From the NCBI GenBank assembly GCA_021807105.1, contig JAKAPL010000005.1, positions 6,178 through 70,177 of the forward strand: 64,000 bases of DNA, read 5' to 3'. The position numbers and the translations under genes are program-made. Positions within the stretch are counted from its first letter, which is position 1, and the number at the start of each line of letters is the position of its first letter. Positions 47,801-55,845 of the stretch are shown here, in pieces. The notes beneath the pieces were generated by a model that saw only the letters and a program-made list of their open reading frames with translations, searched no databases and was not told the origin of the DNA. This DNA comes from Myxococcales bacterium (GTDB taxonomy: Bacteria; Myxococcota; Myxococcia; Myxococcales; JAKAPL01).

Positions 47801-48913
47801 GTGAGGCGGGCGCTCCTCCCGCTGCTGCTCGCGGTTGCCGCCTGCCGGGCGCCGGGGGAGACGCAGGCGCGACCGCCGCCGCTCTATCCGCAGAGCGTGC
47901 CGGTGAGCCTCGAGCCGCCGCGCGTCGAGAACCTCGATCTGCCGCGCAGCCTGATCGACCGCGTGACGATCCTCGACCCCCGCGTCCGGGCGGCGCTCCA
48001 GGAGGACGACTTCCAGCAGTCCACGGCGCAGGTCGACGTGCTCTGGGTCGTCTCGAACGCTGGTTCGATGGCCGACGAGCGCGACCGGCTCGCGAATGCA
48101 GTCTCGGCGTTCATCCAGGTGCTCGCCGCCTCCAAGGTCTCCTGGCAGATGGGGGTCACCTCCTCGGATCTCTCGACCTATCCGCTCCCGGGCGGCGGGA
48201 CGCACGTCGGCGACGGCGGGAAGCTCCATGGTCCGGTCCCCGTCCTGTCGGCCAGCGACCCCAACTACCTCTCCGACTTCAAGGCCGCGCTCACCTGGGA
48301 CATCCAGCGGGCCAGCGCGCCCGCTGAGACCGAGATCTTCCGGTCGATGTTCCTGGCCGTGCAGAACGCCGGGCCGGGCGGGCCGAACAGCGGGTTCCTT
48401 CGTCCCTCCGCCGCGCTCGCGGTCATCGCCGCGGCGAACAGCGATGACCAGTCGTTCGGCGAGCCGGGCTGGTACGCGCGCTGGCTGCTCGGACTCAAGG
48501 GTAAGGGAGACGAGGCGCTCGTGACCTTCTCCGCGCTTGGCGGGCCGACCGGCGGCTGCACGCCGACCGGGCAGGAGAACCTCTTCGGCGCGCAGGTCGA
48601 GCCGACCATACGGATGCAGGAATTGGTCCAGGCGACCGGCGGCGTCTTCGAGAGCATCTGCGACGAGCCGGCGTTCGTCCCCGCGCTCCAGGAGATCGCG
48701 CTCAATCTCAAGACGCTGCGCCGCTACTTCCCGCTCTCGGCGCCGCCCGACCCCACGTCGATCTCGGTCCGGGTGGACGGGCAGCCGGTGGCGCAAGATC
48801 CGCAGGAGGGCTGGCAGTATGTGGCGGCGATCAACAGCGTCGCGTTCCTCGGGAGCTACGTGCCCGACCCGGACGCCAAGGTCGTGATCACGTACGCGGT
48901 GGCGGGGCCATGA
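47801..48913 (+). CDS. vWA-like domain lipoprotein
   Basis: GTG at 47801, lipobox VAAC; VDVLWVVSNAGSM, GFLRPSAALAVI, TGGVFESIC, C-terminal beta domain with GWQY. Confidence 0.75.
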   Translation: MRRALLPLLLAVAACRAPGETQARPPPLYPQSVPVSLEPPRVENLDLPRSLIDRVTILDPRVRAALQEDDFQQSTAQVDVLWVVSNAGSMADERDRLANAVSAFIQVLAASKVSWQMGVTSSDLSTYPLPGGGTHVGDGGKLHGPVPVLSASDPNYLSDFKAALTWDIQRASAPAETEIFRSMFLAVQNAGPGGPNSGFLRPSAALAVIAAANSDDQSFGEPGWYARWLLGLKGKGDEALVTFSALGGPTGGCTPTGQENLFGAQVEPTIRMQELVQATGGVFESICDEPAFVPALQEIALNLKTLRRYFPLSAPPDPTSISVRVDGQPVAQDPQEGWQYVAAINSVAFLGSYVPDPDAKVVITYAVAGP

Positions 48914-50313
48914 GGAGGGCGGCAGGAGCGGCGCTCGCGGGCGCCTGGGCCGTCCTCGCGGCCTGCGGGGTCTCTCCGTCGGGCGCGGCTTGCCCGCAAG
49001 GGACCGACGAGGTCTCCGGGCTCTGCGTCTGCTCGACCAACGACGGCTGCCCCGCCGGCGAGGCGTGCCGGGACGGCGGCTGCGCCTGCGCGAGCGACTG
49101 GTGCTGCCCCGCGGGCTACGCCTGGGACGCGGACGGCGGCGCGTGCGCGTGTCAGGCCGACGCCTGCTGCCCCGCGGGCTACCGGTGGGATCCGGAAGGG
49201 AACGCCTGCGCCTGCGCGGCGAGCGCGTGCTGCCCCGTGGGGTTCCGTTTCGACCCGACCGCGGGCGAGTGCCTCTGCGCGGCGGACGGCTGCTGCCCCA
49301 TCGGCACCGGCTGGGACCCCGTCTCCGAGACCTGCGCCTGCCAGAGCGACTCCTGCTGCCCGTACGGGTTCATCTATGATCCGACGCGGCAGAACTGCAC
49401 GTGCGGCGCGGACTCCTGCTGCCCGCCCGACCACACGTTCGACCCCGGCGCGCGCGCCTGCGTCTGCACCGGCGCCTCCTGCTGCCCGCCGGGCTTCTCC
49501 CGCAACGGGAGCCGCTGCGTCTGCACCTCGGACGCGAGCTGCGGGACGGGCCAGTTCTGCGACGCGACCTCCGGGAGCTGCCGGTGCAAGGACGACACGG
49601 GCTGCCCCGCCGGCTACTTCTGCAACGGCGCCGGCTCGTGCCAGTCGCTCTCCGGCTGCACGACGAGCTTCGACTGCCCCGCGGGCTACTTCTGCGACAC
49701 GCGGGGACCCGTCTGCTCGAAGGCCGGCTGCACGATGGATTCGCAGTGCGCCTTCGGCCAGATCTGCGACCCCGACGGCGGCGCGTGCGGCCCCGGCTGC
49801 CGCTCCACCGCCGACTGCCCGCTCCAGCTCTCGTGCCAGGACGGCCGCTGCGAGAGCTTCTGCACGGACAACGACTTCTGCCCGCTCGGGGACTGGTGCA
49901 ACGACGCGTCCGGGGCCTGCTACTCGAATGGCACCAACTACTGCGTGATCCCGGCGTGCGGCTCCTGCGCCCAGCCGGGCTGCGCCTGCTCCGAGGGGGC
50001 GACCTGCCTGGAGAGCATCATCGAGGGGCAGACCACCGCCTGGTGCGCGCAGCCGTGCACCGTGCAGAGCGACTGCCCGAGCGAGTTCGACTGCACGCCC
50101 ACCCTCGCCGCCTGCTGCGACAACCCCGAGAACGGGACGGTCGACATGTGCAGCGCCTACGAAGGGACGCCGTGCCCCGACGGGACGATCTGCCACGGCT
50201 GGAGGACGGTGGACGAATCGCTGCCCCAGTACCTGTGCACCGACCAGACGACGAACCAGCCGAAGCTCTACCAGGCGTACTGCTCGCCCAGAAGCGGCTA
50301 CTGCTCGCAATGA
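48910..50313 (+). CDS. Cys-rich repeat lipoprotein
   Basis: Lipobox LAAC; about seven C-x-C-x4-CCP-x-G-aromatic repeats followed by Dickkopf/EB-like Cys repeats; ATGA coupling to the upstream gene. Confidence 0.8.
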   Translation: MRRAAGAALAGAWAVLAACGVSPSGAACPQGTDEVSGLCVCSTNDGCPAGEACRDGGCACASDWCCPAGYAWDADGGACACQADACCPAGYRWDPEGNACACAASACCPVGFRFDPTAGECLCAADGCCPIGTGWDPVSETCACQSDSCCPYGFIYDPTRQNCTCGADSCCPPDHTFDPGARACVCTGASCCPPGFSRNGSRCVCTSDASCGTGQFCDATSGSCRCKDDTGCPAGYFCNGAGSCQSLSGCTTSFDCPAGYFCDTRGPVCSKAGCTMDSQCAFGQICDPDGGACGPGCRSTADCPLQLSCQDGRCESFCTDNDFCPLGDWCNDASGACYSNGTNYCVIPACGSCAQPGCACSEGATCLESIIEGQTTAWCAQPCTVQSDCPSEFDCTPTLAACCDNPENGTVDMCSAYEGTPCPDGTICHGWRTVDESLPQYLCTDQTTNQPKLYQAYCSPRSGYCSQ

Positions 50314-50355
50314 CGGCGGAGCAGGCGCGTTCGGGAGGAGGGCCGCTCCCGCCCT

Positions 50356-51474
50356 CTACCGCGCCGCTTGGGCGGCCGGGGGGGCGAGCCACTGGGAGGG
50401 ATCGAGCGCCGTGCCGTGGTGGCGGATCTCGAAGTAGAGATAGGGGCCCTTGAGGCTCCCGGTCGCGCCGACCGTCCCCAGCGCGTCGCCGGCCTGCACT
50501 AGGTCGTCGATCCTCCGATCGATCTCGGCGAGGTGGGCGGAGAGCGTGTAGTAGCCGTCGCCGTGGTCCAGGATCAGGAGGTTTCCGTAGCCGGAAAGGC
50601 GGCCGGCGTAGACCACGCGGCCCGCGTGGATCGCGTGGACCTTGGTCCCCGCGGGCGCGCGGATGTCGAGGCCTTTCTGGAGCGTCACCGTGCTCCAGCG
50701 AGGGTTGTAGATCTGGCCGAAGCCGACCTCGATCGTCCCCGGGACCGGGCGCGGCAGGCTGCCCTTGGCGGCGGCGAAGCCCGTGGTCGCCATCCGGAGC
50801 GGGGGCAGCGCGTCGACGATCCGCGAGAGCCGGCCCTGCGCCCTCGCCAGCTCGGCGAGAGTGCGCTGGTGCAGCGCTTTTTCGCCGCGCACGCCCGAGA
50901 GCAACGCCGCGTGGCGCCGCGCGAGGGAGAGCGCCTTCGCCCGCGCCTCCTTCGCCGCCGCCTCGCGCCGCGCGAGCTCTCCGGCGAGGGTGGCCGCCGC
51001 GCTCCGAGCGGCGGCCGCCGCGTCGAGATCCCGGGCGACCGCCTTCACGTCCGAGAGCTGCCGGTCGAGCAGCTCGTGGAAGAGTCGGCTCGTCCGGGCG
51101 GCCTCGGCCGCCGTGGCCGAATCGAGCAGGAGCGACAGCCGCCGCCGATCTCCGAGCCGCTGCCAGACGCGCAGGCGGGCCGCGAGGCCCCGCGAAGCCG
51201 CCTCGACCCGCGCCCGCGCCTCCGCCTCGCGCTCCCGGGCGGCGGACAGCGCTGCGGCGGTTCTCGCGCGGCGCGCCTCGCAGGCGCCGGCCTCGCGCGC
51301 GGCCGTATCGGCGGACCGGGAAGCCGCGTCGAGCGCCTCCAGGATCGAGGTCTCCTCGCCATGGAGCCGTTCGATGTCGAGCCGCTCCTGGCGGACCTCC
51401 TCCTGCGTCGCCGAGAGCCGCTCCCGCGGGCTTATCGGCGAGGCGGCGAGCGCGAGCAGGAGGAGGACGGGCAT
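50356..51474 (-). CDS. envC: Murein hydrolase activator EnvC (coiled coil plus degenerate M23)
   Basis: Signal peptide, long coiled coil, KGLDI, GYGNLLILDHG, LYFEIR; follows ftsEX. Confidence 0.88.
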   Translation of the reverse strand: MPVLLLLALAASPISPRERLSATQEEVRQERLDIERLHGEETSILEALDAASRSADTAAREAGACEARRARTAAALSAAREREAEARARVEAASRGLAARLRVWQRLGDRRRLSLLLDSATAAEAARTSRLFHELLDRQLSDVKAVARDLDAAAAARSAAATLAGELARREAAAKEARAKALSLARRHAALLSGVRGEKALHQRTLAELARAQGRLSRIVDALPPLRMATTGFAAAKGSLPRPVPGTIEVGFGQIYNPRWSTVTLQKGLDIRAPAGTKVHAIHAGRVVYAGRLSGYGNLLILDHGDGYYTLSAHLAEIDRRIDDLVQAGDALGTVGATGSLKGPYLYFEIRHHGTALDPSQWLAPPAAQAAR

Positions 51475-51477
51475 GGA

Positions 51478-52353
51478 TCAGCGCCCGAGGAAACGACCGA
51501 CCGAGAGGCCGCTCGCGGTGAGGCCGAGGAGTGCGCCGGCGGCGACGAGGCCGGCGAGGGTCGGGACGAGGGGCAGCGGGTGCGGGCCCAGCGACGACAG
51601 CAGCGAGACGGCGGCGACCGCCCGCGGCCAGAGACGGATCCAGAGGATCCCCAGCACGGCCGCGGCGATCAGGCCCGCGAACGCGCCCTCGGCGAGCCCT
51701 TCGAGCAGGAAGGGGAGGCGGATGAAGAGGTTGGTCGCGCCCACCAGCCGCAGGATCCCGATCTCCTCGCGCCGCGCGTACACCGAGAGCCGGAACGTGT
51801 TGGCGACGAGGGCGACCGTCGCGCAGAGCGTCACCAGGACGATCGCGAGGCCCGCGCGGCGGGCGAAGCGCAGGAGCCGCTGGGCGGGCGCGAACAGGTC
51901 CCCGCCGTAGTCCACGTCGGCGACGCCGGGGAGGGTCGCGAGGGACCTCGCCTGTCCGGCGACGAGCGCGGGCGGGAGGCTCGACGCGGCCACCGAGAAG
52001 GCGTCCCGCAGCGGGTTCTCCGGCAGGTCGTCGAGCACGCTCCCCAGGGAGCCGAGCGAGCCGCGGAGCTGCGCGAGCGCCTCGGCCTTGCCCGTCGTTC
52101 GCACCGGGCCGAGGTGGGCGAGGCGGGCGGCGACGGCCTCGCGGTCGGCGGCGGTCGCCGAATCGTCCAGGTAGACCGTGAGCCGCAGTTCGCCGCCCCA
52201 CGCGGACAGGAGGCGGGAGGCGAGCAGCCCCGCCGCGAAGAGCGCGCCCGCCGCGAAGAGCGCGAGGGCGAGGCTCGCGACGGCGATGAGCGTCCCGGAG
52301 GGCGACTCGCGCAGCCCCCGCCAGGTACGGCCGGCGAGATAGCCGGGCGTCAC
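51478..52353 (-). CDS. ftsX: Cell division permease FtsX
   Basis: Four TM segments, ENPL, NTFRLSVYARREEIGILRLVGAT...PFLLEG. Confidence 0.92.
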   Translation of the reverse strand: MTPGYLAGRTWRGLRESPSGTLIAVASLALALFAAGALFAAGLLASRLLSAWGGELRLTVYLDDSATAADREAVAARLAHLGPVRTTGKAEALAQLRGSLGSLGSVLDDLPENPLRDAFSVAASSLPPALVAGQARSLATLPGVADVDYGGDLFAPAQRLLRFARRAGLAIVLVTLCATVALVANTFRLSVYARREEIGILRLVGATNLFIRLPFLLEGLAEGAFAGLIAAAVLGILWIRLWPRAVAAVSLLSSLGPHPLPLVPTLAGLVAAGALLGLTASGLSVGRFLGR

Positions 52354-53084
52354 CGCGAGCCTCGGCCCGGGCGCGAGCTGGGGAAGGTCTCCATCTCGGT
52401 GATCGCACCCGCGGGGTCCTCCGGCGGCGACGCGCCGGTCATCAGCCGGCCGCGGTCGAGGGTCAGCACCCGCCGGTGCCAGCGGGTGAGCAGGTTCCGG
52501 TCGTGCGTCGCGACCATCACCGTGGCTCCCCGCGTGTTGACCTTCGCGAGCAGGGCCATGATCTCGTCCGTCCGCTCGGGGTCCAGGTTCCCCGTCGGCT
52601 CGTCGGCGAGGAGGATCGCGGGGTCGTTCACCAGCGCCCGGGCCAGGGCGACGCGCTGCTGCTCGCCCCCGGAGAGGCGGGCCGGAGGGCTATCCACCTT
52701 GTGCTCGAGCCCCACCGCGGCCAGGATCTCCCCGACCTTGCGCCGGATCTCGCGGCGGGGCCGGCCGAGGACGTGCAGCGCGAGCGCGACGTTGTCGAAG
52801 ACCGTCGCGGAGGGCAGCAGCTTGAAGTCCTGGAAGACGACACCAATGTTGCGGCGCAGGTAGGGAACGGCGGAGGCGCGGATGCGGGCGACGTTCCGAC
52901 CGTTGACCAGGATCTGCCCCTTCTGCGCCCGCTCGGCGCAGAAGATCAGCTCGAGCAGGGTCGTCTTGCCCGCGCCCGAGGGGCCGGTGAGGAAGACGAA
53001 CTCGGCCTTGTCCACGGTCAGGCTCACGTCGGTGAGCGCCGGCTGGCCCTGGTACGACTTGTGGACGTGGAAGAACTGGATCAA
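52350..53084 (-). CDS. ftsE: Cell division ATP-binding protein FtsE
   Basis: FLTGPSGAGKTT, YLRRNIGVVFQDFKLL, LSGGEQQRV, LLADEPTGNLD. Confidence 0.95.
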   Translation of the reverse strand: MIQFFHVHKSYQGQPALTDVSLTVDKAEFVFLTGPSGAGKTTLLELIFCAERAQKGQILVNGRNVARIRASAVPYLRRNIGVVFQDFKLLPSATVFDNVALALHVLGRPRREIRRKVGEILAAVGLEHKVDSPPARLSGGEQQRVALARALVNDPAILLADEPTGNLDPERTDEIMALLAKVNTRGATVMVATHDRNLLTRWHRRVLTLDRGRLMTGASPPEDPAGAITEMETFPSSRPGRGSR

Positions 53085-53090
53085 GCGGCG

Positions 53091-53531
53091 CTACGGATGC
53101 CTGGCCAGGTAGTCCGCGATGACCTCGTCGAGGCTCTTCTCGCTCGTGAGGTCCTCGGCGAACAGCGTCTCGCCCCCCGTCGCGGCCGCGGGGCCGGCGG
53201 TCGCGGGCCCCGGCGCGTGCAGTTCACCCGGCTGGAAGGAGCGGGCCGCGGCCGGCCGGCGCGCATCGAAGGCCCCCGAGACGAGCCGGCGGAGCATCTC
53301 CTTGTGCTGCCGCTCCATGACCTCTCGCACCCGGCGTTCCAGGTCCGGGCTGCCGAGGAACGCCCCGTAGCCGGTCTTCTGCGAGGCGAGGATGTTCCCG
53401 CCCACGAAGAGGTGGGTGATGACGTGGGGGTTCTCGACGCCGGAATCCTCGGTCTGGACGTGATAGACGCGCCCCTGGTACTGGACGTTGTGGTTGAAGC
53501 CGGCGACCATCTTGCGCGGGGCGGGGGCCAC
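53091..53531 (-). CDS. Conserved hypothetical protein
   Basis: GFNHNVQYQGRVYHVQTEDSG...HLF...MERQHKEMLR and KSLDEVIADYL; resembles a family I recall from Deltaproteobacteria; start 53531 or 53511. Confidence 0.75.
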   Translation of the reverse strand: MAPAPRKMVAGFNHNVQYQGRVYHVQTEDSGVENPHVITHLFVGGNILASQKTGYGAFLGSPDLERRVREVMERQHKEMLRRLVSGAFDARRPAAARSFQPGELHAPGPATAGPAAATGGETLFAEDLTSEKSLDEVIADYLARHP

Positions 53532-53632
53532 GCCGCGACCTTAGCCGCGCGGTTCGGCCTGGGCAAGCCCGACCGGCTTGGCCAAGCGCCCCAGACGTTG
53601 ACCCCCTGGAGGCGGCCGGGTTACGAGGGCGC

Positions 53633-54706
53633 ATGAAGAAGATCGCGGTCATCCCAGGGGACGGGGTCGGCCCGGAGGTCATCGCCGTCGCGGTCCGCGC
53701 GCTCCAGGCCGTCGATCGGGCGCGCGGGCTCGGCCTCGAGCTCGTCCCGTTCGACTACGGCGCGGAGCGCTACCTTCGGGACGGCGTGACCTTGCCGCCG
53801 GGCCAGATCGAGGACTTCCGCGAGAACTACTCCGCTATCCTCCTCGGGGCGATCGGCGACCCGCGCGTGCCGGACAACCGCCACGGCCGCGAGATCCTCC
53901 TGGGCCTGCGCTTCTCGCTCGATCTCTACGTGAACCTGCGTCCGGTCCGGCTCCTCGCCGAGCGGCTCTGCCCGCTCAAGGGCAAGAAGCCCGCCGACGT
54001 GGACCTCGTCGTCTTCCGCGAGAACACCGAGGGGCTGTACGCGGACGTGGGCGGCATCTTCAAGAAGGGGACGCCGGACGAGATCGCGGTCAACGAGGAC
54101 GTGAACACGCGCAAGGGGGTCGAGCGGATCCTCCGCGCGGCGTTCGCCTGGGCGAAGGCGCACGGCAAGGGGCGGGTCTGCATGAGCGACAAGGCGAACG
54201 CGCTCCGCTTCGCCCACGATCTCTGGCAGCGGGCGTTCCGGGAGGTCGGCGCCGACTACCCGGGGATAGAGAAGCGCCACCTGTACGTGGACGCGCTCGC
54301 CATGAAGCTCGTGGAGACCCCGGAGGCCTTCGACGTGATCGTCACCTGCAACCTGTTCGGGGACATCCTGACCGACCTCGGCGCTGCGCTCGTCGGGGGG
54401 CTGGGCCTCGCCGCCTCGGCGAACCTGAACCCGGATTCGCGGACGCTCGCGGGGATGTTCGAGCCAGTCCACGGATCGGCGCCGGACATCGCCGGGAGGG
54501 GGATCGCGAATCCGCTCGCCGCCGTCTCCTCCGCGGCGCTCCTGCTCGACGCGATCGGTCATGGCCCCGAGGGCGCTATCCTGGAGCGGGCGGTCGGGAG
54601 CGCGGTTGCGCGAGGGGTGCTCACCAGGGACGTGGGAGGCGAGGCGAGCACGGCGGCGGTCGGGGACTTCGTCGTCGCCGAGATTGAGAGAATCGTCCGG
54701 GCCTGA
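53633..54706 (+). CDS. leuB: 3-isopropylmalate dehydrogenase / isocitrate-isopropylmalate dehydrogenase family
   Basis: IPGDGVGPEV, NLRP, RENTEGLY, DKANAL, NLFGDILTD, FEPVHGSAPDIAG; substrate specificity not certain. Confidence 0.8.
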   Translation: MKKIAVIPGDGVGPEVIAVAVRALQAVDRARGLGLELVPFDYGAERYLRDGVTLPPGQIEDFRENYSAILLGAIGDPRVPDNRHGREILLGLRFSLDLYVNLRPVRLLAERLCPLKGKKPADVDLVVFRENTEGLYADVGGIFKKGTPDEIAVNEDVNTRKGVERILRAAFAWAKAHGKGRVCMSDKANALRFAHDLWQRAFREVGADYPGIEKRHLYVDALAMKLVETPEAFDVIVTCNLFGDILTDLGAALVGGLGLAASANLNPDSRTLAGMFEPVHGSAPDIAGRGIANPLAAVSSAALLLDAIGHGPEGAILERAVGSAVARGVLTRDVGGEASTAAVGDFVVAEIERIVRA

Positions 54707-54811
54707 TCGGCTCCTTCCGGGATTGCTCGTGCCGCGCGGTGATTCAGCGATGCTTAGGCGAAGACTCGGGGGCGGGAGAGGGCGATCGGCCACGGTGGGG
54801 CGGGAGCCCGG

Positions 54812-55462
54812 TTGATGCGCTGGCAGATCTTGCTCGCGGGGGCCGCCGCGGCCTGGTTCCTCTTCCGCAGCCTGCCGGCGGCGCTGCTCTTTGTCTCCCC
54901 CGGACTGCTCCGCTCCCGGGAGACCGACGACGACGGCTCGCTCGATCCGGCACGCGAGCCGGCCATGGAGCGGGTCGCGCGCGCGCTCGCGGAGCTCGGT
55001 TTCGAGAAGATCGGAGCGATCGAGGTCCGCCCGCCGCTCTCGGCCCCGTCGGCCGACCTCGTCTGGGCATCGACGGGAAAGCGGGCCTTCGCCGACGTGG
55101 CCGCGCGGGGAGGCCGGATCTCGGTGACGTTCTTCTCGCCGTTTCCCGGTGGCCGCGCCGTGCTCACGTCGGACTTCCGCCGGCCGTCGGTCGCGCACGA
55201 GGGCTACCTCGCGGGCGGGCTCGCGGGCATCGATGTGGCCGAGCTGTGGGCCGTCCACCAGCGCCGGGTCGAACATTTCCGGCCTCCGGCGGCGCCGTGG
55301 ACGGACTTCACCGCCGCGGGCCGCGTCCGGGCGGAGGAGGCCGTCCTCCTCGGCCCCGGACGGCGCGACCTGCGGCGGCGCTCGGCGGGCGCGGCGATCG
55401 TCGCGCTGTTGGCGCTCGCCGTGCTCGCGGTCAGCGTCCTGCAGCTCGTGAGGCTCGCCTAG
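54812..55462 (+). CDS. Hypothetical membrane protein
   Basis: N- and C-terminal hydrophobic helices; GC3-rich codon usage. Confidence 0.65.
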   Translation: MMRWQILLAGAAAAWFLFRSLPAALLFVSPGLLRSRETDDDGSLDPAREPAMERVARALAELGFEKIGAIEVRPPLSAPSADLVWASTGKRAFADVAARGGRISVTFFSPFPGGRAVLTSDFRRPSVAHEGYLAGGLAGIDVAELWAVHQRRVEHFRPPAAPWTDFTAAGRVRAEEAVLLGPGRRDLRRRSAGAAIVALLALAVLAVSVLQLVRLA

Positions 55463-55641
55463 GAGGTTGGTATGAAATGGGTGCGGTCGCGAGAAAACCG
55501 AGACCTAAGGCGAGACGGGCGCCCGAGGAGTGAGCAGCGGAAACGTACTCTTTGCAGTACGTTGAGCAGCGAAGCGACGAGGCCGCCCGTCGCAGCGAAG
55601 GGATCGGCCGTCGCAGCAGGCAGCCATTTCACACCAGCCTC
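55463..55641. mobile_element. MITE family B, copy 4 (179 bp)
   Basis: GAGGTTGGTATGAAATGG / CCATTTCACACCAGCCTC; CTAG TSD, the left one containing the upstream gene's stop codon. Confidence 0.92.
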
Positions 55642-55845
55642 CTAGCCGGTCCGGCGACCGGCGCGGGATCCTGGACGTCACGGGGGCGGGGAGTTGGGAA
55701 AAAGCGATTGCCCTCTTCCCGCCTCCCGGCCTCTTGGCCTTCCACGGAGGCGAGCCTCTCCCTGGTGAACCCCTGCGCCGGTCATGGTGGCGAGGGGCCG
55801 ATGGTCCGGGCGCCGACCGTCCGGTAAGCTGCACCGCCTCGCCCG

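Noticed and set aside
53633-54706. Stand-alone leuB-like gene as a novel pathway
   Set aside because: Isolated members of this dehydrogenase family are common and nothing in the neighbourhood indicates a special substrate.
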